Origin: Candidatus Heimdallarchaeota archaeon | Lineage (GTDB): Archaea; Asgardarchaeota; Heimdallarchaeia; Heimdallarchaeales; Heimdallarchaeaceae | Direction: 5' to 3' | Assembly (NCBI GenBank): GCA_016840095.1 | Contig: JAEOSZ010000031.1 | Span: 32,001 to 96,000, forward strand | Length of the DNA stretch: 64,000 bases | Notes under the pieces: model-generated | Told to the model about the DNA's origin: nothing | Databases searched by the model: none | The model's input: only the letters and a program-made list of their open reading frames with translations | Position numbers and translations under genes: made by a program | In this document: positions 1 to 9,931 of the stretch, one piece after another | Numbering within the stretch: the first letter of the stretch is position 1 | Layout: each line of letters starts with the position of its first letter

Positions 1-134
1 TTTTTTGCACCAGAATACTGTCCTCTTTCCAAAACAACTGTTTCGATCCCAGCTCGAGCAAGAGTTAAAGCAGCTGCAACACCAGCTGGTCCAGCTCCAA
101 CAATAACTACGTCGAAATCATATTCTTCTGACAT
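1..134 (-). CDS. fixC: FixC-like FAD-dependent oxidoreductase (ETF-associated), 5' part only; runs off window start
   Basis: Manual translation MSEEYDFDVVIVGAGPAGVAAALTLARAGIETVVLERGQYSGAK: GxGxxG FAD motif plus ERG..GAK typical of FixC; downstream of etfBA on the same strand. Confidence 0.7.
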   Translation of the reverse strand, partial: MSEEYDFDVVIVGAGPAGVAAALTLARAGIETVVLERGQYSGAK

Positions 135-184
135 TATGGTTTGATTTCAAAATATTTCTTTATAAACTATGCTAATTGTCAAAC

Positions 185-883
185 TTATTCAGAAGAGTTC
201 AAACCATATCCCCAATTGCCATTCTCATCATAGTTAAAAGATTTAAACATTCCACAAGCTGTCCAAATATCATCAAACCATGATTGAAGTAATCCAGAAG
301 TGTTCTCCAATTCAGCATAATCTTCTATATAGATTTCTTCTAATTTGATGATATCCTCGACTATAGGTATTGGAGTAGCCCCTAAGATTTCTTTATTTAA
401 TTTCATGAGATATCCTTCAACACCAACTAAGGAAAGATACATACTGAAGGGTGGTTTAACATTGATTCTCTTAAAAACCTCGATATATCCTGGAATTGCT
501 AAAATAATCTCTTTTTCGAAATCAATGCTCGGAATTTCTTTTTTATCAACTAGTGGTTTAAGAAGACTTGCTTCCACAGCTTCAATTATACCTCTACGAT
601 AGAGATGTGCATAAGATCTTGCTCCCCCTGAAAGGTCAGTTGTATATGTAAGAAAACCATCAAAAGTATGACTAAGCTCCATCCCCATGTATTTAATTGG
701 CTTTAGATACTTAGGGTTGCGAGAGATAATTTCAATGTTATAATTTTTATCAATTGTAGAAGATTCTTCAGCTATCAAGTGTAAAACTATCTTAGCTGTC
801 TCCAGTATTTTGATTGGTGCTCTGTTGTTTTTCAGCTCTGTGATTCGTTCATTCCTGAATATGCCTTTCACAGAAATAACCAA
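185..883 (-). CDS. Hypothetical protein resembling the C-terminal domain of Schlafen/AlbA_2-domain proteins; N-terminal domain absent, possibly truncated
   Basis: Motifs FRNERI, KIVLHLI, SYAHLYRRGIIEAV, PPFSMYLSL, WFDDIWTACG..SFNYDENGNW; TTG start, in-frame stop a few codons upstream. Confidence 0.45.
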   Translation of the reverse strand: MVISVKGIFRNERITELKNNRAPIKILETAKIVLHLIAEESSTIDKNYNIEIISRNPKYLKPIKYMGMELSHTFDGFLTYTTDLSGGARSYAHLYRRGIIEAVEASLLKPLVDKKEIPSIDFEKEIILAIPGYIEVFKRINVKPPFSMYLSLVGVEGYLMKLNKEILGATPIPIVEDIIKLEEIYIEDYAELENTSGLLQSWFDDIWTACGMFKSFNYDENGNWGYGLNSSE

Positions 884-923
884 TGTATCTGTTTATTTAA
901 ATTTATTTAAAAAAGAAGAAAAA

Positions 924-1892
924 TTATCCTTGAAGCTTTTGCTTCAGGATAGGAAGAATTGCGTGTAAATCTCCAACTATACCATAATCTGCATAATTGA
1001 AAATGGCTGCTCCTTCGTCTTTATTAATTGCAATCAATGTTTTGGCTTTGACACCACTAAGATGTTGAGGAGCTCCACTGATACCAGCTGCAATATAGAG
1101 ATCTGGTGAAACAGATTGTCCAGTTTGACCGATTTCATAGGTCTCTTCAATCCAATTTACATCAGTACAAGCTCTAGTTGCACCAATTTCACCACCTAAC
1201 AATTTTGCAAGGTCACGGATAATCTGGAATTGTTCTTTTCCACCTACACCACGTCCTCCAGCAACTATTACTTTGGCATCTTTTAGGTTAACAGTTCTCT
1301 CAGCTTTCTTGATTTCAATGTGTTTTACCAGTTTATCTTCTTCACTGAATGAGATATCAACAGTCTCAATATCTGGCAAACTACCTGATGGATTTTCATT
1401 TACAAAGAATGCACCCGACCGAGAAGTAGAGAATTTAATTGCACCCTCAATCTTGTAAACTTTCATTGCTTGATCATCTCTTACTGGAGTGTGGAAATGG
1501 AATTCATCACCTTCAATGGTCAAGTCTGTTATACGTTGAGCACAAGAAACTCCATGATGAACGGCTAATCTTGGGATTAAGTCCTCACCATAAACTGTGC
1601 CAGCTGCCATAACTAAACTTGGTTCAGATATTTCTATAACTTCTAGAATTGATTTAACATATGGTCTACTAAGATAGACTTCTAATTCAGGAGCTTTGAC
1701 TGTATAGACTTTGTTGACGCCATGCTTTCCAAGTTCTTCAATTAGTTCATTGCTAACATCAGCACCTAAAAGCGCACTTTCTATTTCAGTTATTCCAGTC
1801 ACACTTGTTAGTTTGTTGATAACCCCTAGAGTATTTTCCTCTATGTTACCTTCTCTAATCTGTCCAAAAACTAATACTTTCATCATAATCAC
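924..1892 (-). CDS. etfA: Electron transfer flavoprotein alpha subunit
   Basis: VIVAGGRGVG, IGQTGQSVSPDLYIAAGISGAPQHL, IAINKD..AAIF..ADYGIVGD. Confidence 0.95.
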   Translation of the reverse strand: MIMMKVLVFGQIREGNIEENTLGVINKLTSVTGITEIESALLGADVSNELIEELGKHGVNKVYTVKAPELEVYLSRPYVKSILEVIEISEPSLVMAAGTVYGEDLIPRLAVHHGVSCAQRITDLTIEGDEFHFHTPVRDDQAMKVYKIEGAIKFSTSRSGAFFVNENPSGSLPDIETVDISFSEEDKLVKHIEIKKAERTVNLKDAKVIVAGGRGVGGKEQFQIIRDLAKLLGGEIGATRACTDVNWIEETYEIGQTGQSVSPDLYIAAGISGAPQHLSGVKAKTLIAINKDEGAAIFNYADYGIVGDLHAILPILKQKLQG

Positions 1893-2746
1893 GCTCCTAG
1901 TTTCACCTCATCTTCCTTCAGCTTTGCAAGAAGATTGTCTACTTTTTCTTCAGGTTCTCCTTCAGTAATCATGTAGCTCTCTTTATCTAGCACAATGTTT
2001 GAGAAAGACACTTCTATCAACGAAGCGGCTTCCTTTCCAACAACATTTGAGCTAAGTCCTAATTCAGATGCTGTCCATACAGGTACAACAGCTCGCTTTG
2101 CAGTAAGGATTCCTTTCATCGAAGTATATCTTGGAGTAAAATATTGGCTGTCACTGCAACTAATAACTCCTTTCTTAGGAATTGTTACAACCTGTCTTCC
2201 ACCTTCCAAAACATGTTCAATTTTGTAACCTGTTTCAATTACCTCAAGCTCTTCTGCATAAAGAACACTTGGTAATCCAAGTTTTTCAGCTAACATTGCT
2301 CCAATAGCATAGGAACCTGTAGCTTGATCTTCAACTCCCAATAAAACTAAATCAAACTCTCCAATTTTTTCTAGAATTCCAACGTAAACTTTAGCTAAGA
2401 GAAGAGGATCATCAGTGTGAATGGTTTCATCAGCTATTTCAATAGCATCAGTACAACCCATAGCAATCGCTTCTTTCAAAGCTTTGTTAGGTTTCAAACC
2501 TTTAGCGCACACAGCTGTAACTCTTGCTCGATGTTCATCTGTCATTTCGTCACCAAGTTCAGCTTTCATTTTTTCATCAAAGTCATCTTTTAATTTAAGA
2601 GCTCCTTCAAGAGCATTCTTACTTGTAGGATTTATGACAAAATCATCTTCACTAACTTCTGAAGAATCGAAATAATCGACTCCTTGAAGCTTAACCTGTG
2701 TGCTTACTATTTGCTCTATAAACACTATAATCTTCATATTGCTCAA
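1889..2746 (-). CDS. etfB: Electron transfer flavoprotein beta subunit
   Basis: VINP..KNALE.AL, A.AMGC..A, DLVLLG, PRYTSMKGILTAK; overlaps etfA. Confidence 0.92.
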   Translation of the reverse strand: MSNMKIIVFIEQIVSTQVKLQGVDYFDSSEVSEDDFVINPTSKNALEGALKLKDDFDEKMKAELGDEMTDEHRARVTAVCAKGLKPNKALKEAIAMGCTDAIEIADETIHTDDPLLLAKVYVGILEKIGEFDLVLLGVEDQATGSYAIGAMLAEKLGLPSVLYAEELEVIETGYKIEHVLEGGRQVVTIPKKGVISCSDSQYFTPRYTSMKGILTAKRAVVPVWTASELGLSSNVVGKEAASLIEVSFSNIVLDKESYMITEGEPEEKVDNLLAKLKEDEVKLGA

Positions 2747-2871
2747 CGATTCTGAAAAAGTGGTGTTAAATAAAGCTTACTACCTATCAAATATTTGGTA
2801 TGAAACTAAAAGTACTGATTTCAGAGAGAAAATCTTAAGATAATGTAAAGTATCAAAGAATTTGAAATAAT

Positions 2872-3930
2872 ATGACTATAGATAAACAGAAAGTCATCGA
2901 TACACAAATTGAGTTAAGTAATCTGATAGGATGCCCAGGACATGAGGATGAAGTTACAGAATACATCCTCATGAAATTAGAAAAACTTGCAGTAGATAAA
3001 GCGTGGATTGATCCTCTTGGTAATGTTCTAGCAATCAAAAAAGGTTCTGATCCTAACGGACTTAGAATTATGCTTGATGCTCATGTTGATGAAGTTGGAT
3101 TCATGATCTCTCATATAAGTGATGATGGTTTCCTCACTATTGAGACACTTGGAGGGATTGATAAAAGACTGATGCTGGGAGCTCTTCTTCAATTTCAAAC
3201 AGAAGAAGGTAAACGAATACTTGGTGTTGTAGGTGCGTCACCTCCTCACATAACTAAACCAGAAGAAAGAGAAAAGGTTCCAGCTATAAACGAGATGTTT
3301 GTTGATATTGGTTGTGCTTCATATCAAGAAGTTAGGTCGCTGAACTTAGATATTGGTTCTGTAGGAACTTTTTATACAGAGTGTAAACAGCTAAATGAAA
3401 ATGTTCTACTCGGAAAAGCCTTTGATGATCGAACAGCGTGCAATGTTTTGCTACATGTTCTAGATCAGCTGAAGGAAGTAGAAATTCCAAATACTTTGTT
3501 AATTAATTTTGCAGTTCAGGAAGAAGTTGGGGGCAGAGGAGCTACTGTTGCGGGTTTTACACTGGAACCGAGTATTGCATTAGCTTTAGAAAACACAATA
3601 GCTAGTGACGTTCCTGGTGTTTCTTCTTCAAAGATGATAACAAAGCTAGGAAATGGTCCTGCAGTAACAGCTGCAGATAGATCTCTGATAGTTCCAAAAA
3701 AGATTCTTGATAGAATCAAGAAAGCTGCACATCTAGAAGCAATTTCTTGGCAATACAAGAAACCTACTTATGGAGGAACTGATGCAGGATATATCTCAAA
3801 AACAAGGTCAGGTGTTCCTTCTGGTGTAATCTCAGTTCCTTGCAGATACATTCATGCAAATGCAGGATTACTTCATGTAGATGATATCATAGAAACAATA
3901 AAACTTGTAGTTAATTTCTGCAAGATTTAA
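2872..3930 (+). CDS. M42 family (TET/FrvX-like) aminopeptidase
   Basis: DAHVDEVG, KAFDDR, QEEVG.RGA, GGTDAG, PCRYIH. Confidence 0.93.
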   Translation: MTIDKQKVIDTQIELSNLIGCPGHEDEVTEYILMKLEKLAVDKAWIDPLGNVLAIKKGSDPNGLRIMLDAHVDEVGFMISHISDDGFLTIETLGGIDKRLMLGALLQFQTEEGKRILGVVGASPPHITKPEEREKVPAINEMFVDIGCASYQEVRSLNLDIGSVGTFYTECKQLNENVLLGKAFDDRTACNVLLHVLDQLKEVEIPNTLLINFAVQEEVGGRGATVAGFTLEPSIALALENTIASDVPGVSSSKMITKLGNGPAVTAADRSLIVPKKILDRIKKAAHLEAISWQYKKPTYGGTDAGYISKTRSGVPSGVISVPCRYIHANAGLLHVDDIIETIKLVVNFCKI

Positions 3931-5450
3931 TCCTTTTTCTTTTGGAACGGATCTGGTCCTCTGAACCAAGAGAAGACTGTAGAACCAATCATAAAAATTG
4001 CAAATACAGCAAAAAGAACTTTCATTGCAGGTACATAGTTAGTTGCATCAGTTAAAAGCCCACCATTTCTTTTTTGGAAGAAATTCTGACTATAAATAAA
4101 GACAGCTGTTGCTAAAGCAGTTCCTATACTAAAACCAACATTAGTGGAAAGACTGATCATACTGTTTGCAACACCCAATTTATCTTCAGGGGCAGCAGAC
4201 ATAACTGATGTATTATTAGGGGCAATGAATGAACCGAGTGCTATACCTATAATAACTGCAATAATTGCAAGTACCCAGTTTTTAACAACATCTGTTGTGA
4301 AAACAGCACCAAATATTAAAGAAAGCGCCATTACACCAATTCCAAAAGTTGTGATGTACTTAGCATCGTATCGATCTGCTAAATATCCAGAAATAACAGC
4401 TGTTGCAGCCATTGCAATTGGAGTTCCTAGTATTATTAATCCCGTTTCAAGTTGAGTTAGTCCCAATATAATTTGGACAAAAAGAGGTAATTGATAAACG
4501 ATAACACACAACCCAATATAAGCTAATACACTTGAAAACACACCAACCATAAATCTTCGATTTTTGAACATTTTCAAATCAACTATAGGATGTTCCGTTT
4601 TCTTTTCCCACCAAATGAATCCTATTAAACATAAAATGCTTACTCCGAAGAATACGCCAGCTAATATCTTTGTAATGCCATTTCCAAAGATAGGTTCATC
4701 TTCAAAAATACTTGCAAAAACACTGAAGCAAAATACAAGCAAAAACAAGAATCCAGCTAGTAATACGGAACCAAGAATGTCAGCTTTTCTTCGTTGGTTG
4801 CTAATTGGAGGTGTTGCAGGTATAATGAATTGAACCCAAAATAATCCTGCTATTCCAACTGGAACATTTATCATAAATATCCAGCCCCACCTCAAGTATT
4901 GGGTTATAACACCACCTAATATTGGTCCTAGGGATACAGCAACAGCTATAATTAAGGAGTTTAAACCAATCGCAAATCCTCTTCTCTTTTGAGTAGTGAA
5001 GCGCGTTATAATTGCCATTCCATTTGCTACTAAACCTGTAGCTCCTATTCCTTGTAAAATTCTGAAAAGAATTAATGCAAGCAATGATTGCGCAAAGAAA
5101 CAGAGACCTGAAGCTAGTGTAAAAATCCCCATCCCTATCTGGAAAATTAACTTGTTAGAAATTCTATCACCTAAATCTCCGGCAATTGTCGTGAATGCAA
5201 TCATTGTTAAAAGATAACTTAAGATTACCCATTGAATTTGATTCTGTGTAGCACCAAGATCATCTTGAATAGTTTTTAATCCCAGATTGACTATTGTACC
5301 ATCTAAAGAGGCTAGAAATGCTCCTAAACCAGTAGCTGAAACCAATACCCAGATCTTAATTGGTGGCTTAGACGTTTCATTATTCTCTGTAGATATAATA
5401 TTCATCTGAATAAGGGGAATTCTTTTTACTTGAATAAAAAACTTGTGCAA
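3927..5450 (-). CDS. MFS drug/H+ antiporter (DHA2, EmrB/QacA-like, 14 TM)
   Basis: LD.TIVN, G.LGDR, R..QGIG, GPILGG, W.WIFMINVPVG. Confidence 0.9.
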   Translation of the reverse strand: MHKFFIQVKRIPLIQMNIISTENNETSKPPIKIWVLVSATGLGAFLASLDGTIVNLGLKTIQDDLGATQNQIQWVILSYLLTMIAFTTIAGDLGDRISNKLIFQIGMGIFTLASGLCFFAQSLLALILFRILQGIGATGLVANGMAIITRFTTQKRRGFAIGLNSLIIAVAVSLGPILGGVITQYLRWGWIFMINVPVGIAGLFWVQFIIPATPPISNQRRKADILGSVLLAGFLFLLVFCFSVFASIFEDEPIFGNGITKILAGVFFGVSILCLIGFIWWEKKTEHPIVDLKMFKNRRFMVGVFSSVLAYIGLCVIVYQLPLFVQIILGLTQLETGLIILGTPIAMAATAVISGYLADRYDAKYITTFGIGVMALSLIFGAVFTTDVVKNWVLAIIAVIIGIALGSFIAPNNTSVMSAAPEDKLGVANSMISLSTNVGFSIGTALATAVFIYSQNFFQKRNGGLLTDATNYVPAMKVLFAVFAIFMIGSTVFSWFRGPDPFQKKKD

Positions 5451-5467
5451 TAGGTATCGAAAACTAA

Positions 5468-6040
5468 CTATTTCTCATATAATTCTTTGAATTCACTAGC
5501 CAAAATATCCATTACATAGATATCATGGAATTGACCTTGAAGAAAATAAGCCTCTCTTTTCTGACCAATTTTCTTGAAACCAACCTTTTCATAAACATGA
5601 ATAGCTCTCTTGTTGTAAGCAAACACCCATAATTCCATTCTATGCAAATTGAGTACTTGGAAACCAACCTTTAACAAACATATCGTTGCATCAGTTCCAT
5701 ACCCTTTGTTGTGATTTTCAGGATTGTGAATTGCCATTCCGATTTCGCAAGATTTGTGTGGTTGCCAGATACTATCAATACCACATGTTCCAAGAAACTC
5801 TTTGTTTTCCAGAGTTTCAATTGCGAAATTGTAACCTCTACCAGCTTTGGCTTGTTCATGAGATCTCTGGATGAAATCTTCTTCCATCATTGAGGACATA
5901 GGAATAACATTTGCTAAACCTATACGACTCTCGTAGGTGTTCCAATGTTTCATTATCTCATCTAGATCACTCTTTTCTAGAGCTCTCAATCGAACTTTTT
6001 CTCCTTCAAAAGGTGATTTTGATTGATAGATATCTGTCAT
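5468..6040 (-). CDS. GNAT N-acetyltransferase (RimJ/RimL family)
   Basis: VRLRALE..D, HNKGYGT, LNLHR, N.RAI.VYEKVGF. Confidence 0.9.
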   Translation of the reverse strand: MTDIYQSKSPFEGEKVRLRALEKSDLDEIMKHWNTYESRIGLANVIPMSSMMEEDFIQRSHEQAKAGRGYNFAIETLENKEFLGTCGIDSIWQPHKSCEIGMAIHNPENHNKGYGTDATICLLKVGFQVLNLHRMELWVFAYNKRAIHVYEKVGFKKIGQKREAYFLQGQFHDIYVMDILASEFKELYEK

Positions 6041-6186
6041 AAATTTTTGTTACATGTGAGATTTTAAGAACATTTGGTTCTTTTATTTAAAGTAGAGGTC
6101 TATTTTCTTTTAGAAAATAACAATTTATATACTATATAGGGTATATGACGTCTAATTAAACATATAATGCAACACAAGGATGAATC

Positions 6187-9100
6187 ATGAACTACATTAA
6201 TAATCTACTACAAAAAACATTCAAAAGAAGGCTTGGAAAGAACATTGGTACTTTGATAGCAATTGCTCTAGGTGTTTCTTTAATGGTGGGAGTACAAATT
6301 ACAATTACAAGTTTTACATCAACAGCTATTGATTTCTTTACAGATGCAATTGGGGAAAATGACATCGTAATCAGTGGTTTGGGTTTACCAATTACTGGAT
6401 ATGAAACAATTCTCGATACAATAGAATCTTCTGATATTGAAATTGCTGCGATTAACGCGAGAATATCGCAAACAGTAGCTGTTTATAATCTTGAATCAGG
6501 AGAATTAGAGAAAGATGTAACCTTCACGGGTGTAGATATACGGGAGGATCCAGTTTTTGGTCTATTCTATGATGAAAATGGAACAAAGATGAGGAGATTA
6601 GACTTAATAAATTACTTTGAAAATGAATCACATGTTCTAATGGGTTCAGAACTAAGAAAAGAGCTGAATGTTACCGTTGGTTCTGATATCAAAATAAGAA
6701 TTGGAGAGTTTAATCCTCTAGAACTTAAATTTGATTATATAACATATGACCTAAAAGTCGTTGCTTTCCTCAATGATGAAGGTAAAGGGAAAGAATTTGG
6801 CGGTTGGACAATGTGGACAGATATTGATAACCTCCGTTCAATTGCAGGATTTGCTCCAGATCAAGTTACAGATATAAACATTGCACTCAGTGCTAATCAT
6901 GATGAAGATCCTGTAGATAATGATTATGCCACACAAGTTGAAGAACAATTGAAAGTGCTTCTAAATGCTGAAGCAAATGGGTTGATAATTCTAGCTTTTC
7001 GAGCTTTACTTCTAGAGACAGCTGATGAGGTGTTAGCTGATGTTCTTCTTGCATTCAATCTTTTTGGTGCACTAATTATTTTTTCAGGTATCTTACTACT
7101 AGTAAATATTCAGCTTATACAAGTTGAAGACAGAATTCAACAGTTAGGAATATTAAGAGCAGTTGGAGCTAGAAGAAGAGAAATTGTCAGATTGTTCATG
7201 GTTGAATCAGTAATTTTAGGATTTATAGGTTCATTTCTTGGGGTTGCTGGAGGATATGGGATGTCTGTATTTCTAGTAGATAGAATAGGAAAAACATTCT
7301 TTGATACATCATTAGGATTAACACCTACAGTAACTGGAGGAGCTATAGGATATTCAATTGCTCTAGGTTTGATATTGTCAGTAGGAGCGGGAGTATTTCC
7401 TGCAATAAGAGCTGCAAGAATTGATGTAATTGAAGTTATTAGAGGAATTAAGAAGGTAGGAAGAAAAAGGACTGGTAAGGTAACTTTGGGTCTAGGTTTA
7501 GCCTTCCTATTAGGTGGAATAGGAATCTTAGCAGCTCAATATGTTATGTTTGATTCATTTTTCACAAAGGCAGGTTGGGATCAATCTTTAGAACAATGGA
7601 TGTTTATGGGAGCAGCTGCAGCGATTCTAATAGGGATTAGCTTATTACTTGGTTATCTATTCTCAAAAAAATTTGTAGGGAATGGTATAGGTCTTACTTT
7701 TATAGGAATTGCAATAGCCATGTTAATTTTCAGTGTTCCTCAACTTAAAGAAGTTCGACAAAATATGCAAATTCTTGTTACACTTGCTGTAGTATTGGCA
7801 CTAGGTTCAATAATTTGGGTAGGAGTGAACTTGAAATCAGTAACCAATTTCATAAGAACAGTCCTATACAGAACTAGATTGAAGAAAGGTGTTTCTTTAG
7901 TTTCAAGCAAATATATGACTTCTAAAACCATGAGAAGTTCTTTGACATTTGGAATTTTTGCACTTGTTTTGACTATGAATATTTTCGCTGCTGTCTATCA
8001 ATCAACTTATGCTTACAATACATTAGAATCAGTTGAATTCTTAAGCGGGGGTGCTCCAATATTTATTGAATTAGACACACCTATTGCAAATGAAACACTC
8101 GTCAATGTAGAACAAGATCTTTACAGTGTTGATTCTGCAATAACCAACGTTAAGGGGATCAATTCAACTATTGTAATTATACAAACGGATAAGGAAATAG
8201 ATCTTGAAATCCCCACGGATATTTTTCCCTCATATGTTCATTTGATTTACAATGACACATTCAAAGATGGGAATGACTATCAGTTCGATTTCATGCTAGA
8301 TGCATCCATTCCATTCTTTTTCGATGATTATAAACCAGGAGGGTCAGAAAATTATCAAAGAGAATATAGTCATAAAATCTGGGATTTCTATTATAACAGA
8401 ACAAGATTCAATAGAGAAGGTACAGGAATAAACAACACTCATGGATTACCTACAGTATTAACAACAAGTCCATTTCTATTACCAGGAGATATATTCAATA
8501 TTACTAGCTTTATTGGAACTCCAGAGGAGGTAATAGTCTTAGCTAATGTTAGACAGTACCCCTTCAGTCAAACAGGAATGTTACCGTCACTTCTAATTAC
8601 TCCTGATTTGTATCCTAAGCTTATTCCTAACTTTGCTCTCTATCCAAAGCACACTAGATATCTAGTCAGCACAAGTGAAGATTTCAAAGAAGGAAGAAAC
8701 ACAGAAATTGCTAGTGAAATTGAAGAATTCTTCAATGGAAATGATTCCCTACTTGTTCAAAGCGAGGATTTTGTAGCAGCATCAGCATTCAATGTTTGGG
8801 AAGTGATGATTGAGTTAGTAGATTTTCAAGTAAAAACATTTGATTTCCTTCAATATTTTGTAGGTTTCGGGTTGATAGTTGGAGCTTTAGGAATGATAAT
8901 TATTGCAGTGAGAAATGTTGCTGAAAGAAGAAGAGAAATAGGAATGATGCGAGCTATAGGTTTCACGAAAAGACAAATCCTAGGAACGATAATGATAGAA
9001 ATATTCATTCTTGCAATTTTAGGATTGGTTATGGGATTCCTTAATAGCTTGATGCTAGGATGGGCGTTTGCGAATATTTATGATTGGATATTAATTCTTC

Positions 9101-9222
9101 CAGGAATTAGAATTTTGATTTACACGGGAATAATGATTGGAATAGCATTAGTGGCGTCCATTGTGCCGGGCATAAGAGCGAGTCAAATAACTCCAGCAGA
9201 AGCAATAAGGTATGTAGGGTGA
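6187..9222 (+). CDS. ABC transporter permease, duplicated FtsX/MacB-type
   Basis: Two FtsX repeats (DRIQQLGILRAVGA; ERRREIGMMRAIGF), two large extracytoplasmic domains, PAIRAA and PAEAIR ends. Confidence 0.9.
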   Translation: MNYINNLLQKTFKRRLGKNIGTLIAIALGVSLMVGVQITITSFTSTAIDFFTDAIGENDIVISGLGLPITGYETILDTIESSDIEIAAINARISQTVAVYNLESGELEKDVTFTGVDIREDPVFGLFYDENGTKMRRLDLINYFENESHVLMGSELRKELNVTVGSDIKIRIGEFNPLELKFDYITYDLKVVAFLNDEGKGKEFGGWTMWTDIDNLRSIAGFAPDQVTDINIALSANHDEDPVDNDYATQVEEQLKVLLNAEANGLIILAFRALLLETADEVLADVLLAFNLFGALIIFSGILLLVNIQLIQVEDRIQQLGILRAVGARRREIVRLFMVESVILGFIGSFLGVAGGYGMSVFLVDRIGKTFFDTSLGLTPTVTGGAIGYSIALGLILSVGAGVFPAIRAARIDVIEVIRGIKKVGRKRTGKVTLGLGLAFLLGGIGILAAQYVMFDSFFTKAGWDQSLEQWMFMGAAAAILIGISLLLGYLFSKKFVGNGIGLTFIGIAIAMLIFSVPQLKEVRQNMQILVTLAVVLALGSIIWVGVNLKSVTNFIRTVLYRTRLKKGVSLVSSKYMTSKTMRSSLTFGIFALVLTMNIFAAVYQSTYAYNTLESVEFLSGGAPIFIELDTPIANETLVNVEQDLYSVDSAITNVKGINSTIVIIQTDKEIDLEIPTDIFPSYVHLIYNDTFKDGNDYQFDFMLDASIPFFFDDYKPGGSENYQREYSHKIWDFYYNRTRFNREGTGINNTHGLPTVLTTSPFLLPGDIFNITSFIGTPEEVIVLANVRQYPFSQTGMLPSLLITPDLYPKLIPNFALYPKHTRYLVSTSEDFKEGRNTEIASEIEEFFNGNDSLLVQSEDFVAASAFNVWEVMIELVDFQVKTFDFLQYFVGFGLIVGALGMIIIAVRNVAERRREIGMMRAIGFTKRQILGTIMIEIFILAILGLVMGFLNSLMLGWAFANIYDWILILPGIRILIYTGIMIGIALVASIVPGIRASQITPAEAIRYVG

Positions 9223-9226
9223 TAAA

Positions 9227-9931
9227 ATGAGTGATGAAATAATACTAAAAACAGAAAACTTGCATAAGAAGTATGCAGAAGGTACTCCGATGGAAGTTCA
9301 TGCACTTAGGGGAGTAAATATAGAGATTAAAAAAGGAGAAATGGTCGCAATAATGGGACCAAGCGGTTGTGGAAAAACAACTCTTCTCAATCTATTAGGA
9401 GGTATTGATCAGCCTACAGAAGGAATAATATATATCAACAATCAAGATATAAATGAATTATCAGATATTGAAGTAACTGATTTCAGATTGCACAATATCG
9501 GATATATCTTTCAATTGTTTAATCTATTTGAGTTCCTCCCAGCTTTAGATAATACTGTACTACCATTATTACTTACAAAAACTACTCGCTTGGAAGCTGA
9601 AGAAGAAGCTAAAATGATGTTACGTCAGATGGGTTTGGGTGACAAAATCTTTCACCTACCAAATGAACTGAGTGGTGGAGAACAGCAGAGAGTTGCCGTA
9701 TCTCGTGCTCTATTGATGAACCCAGCAATTATCCTTGGCGATGAGCCTACCGGTGATTTGGATAGAGATACTTCAACAGATATAATGAATCTATTTGTAT
9801 CAATCAACGAAAATTACAATCAAACATTTCTTGTTGTAACTCATTCTGAGTATATAGCACAGTTTTGTCATAGAATTATTAGAATTGTTGATGGGGAGAT
9901 AGTAGATGATGGGAAAGAGGTGTCAAAATGA
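9227..9931 (+). CDS. ABC transporter ATP-binding protein (LolD/MacB-type)
   Basis: [27 protein letters not shown]. Confidence 0.95.
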   Translation: MSDEIILKTENLHKKYAEGTPMEVHALRGVNIEIKKGEMVAIMGPSGCGKTTLLNLLGGIDQPTEGIIYINNQDINELSDIEVTDFRLHNIGYIFQLFNLFEFLPALDNTVLPLLLTKTTRLEAEEEAKMMLRQMGLGDKIFHLPNELSGGEQQRVAVSRALLMNPAIILGDEPTGDLDRDTSTDIMNLFVSINENYNQTFLVVTHSEYIAQFCHRIIRIVDGEIVDDGKEVSK

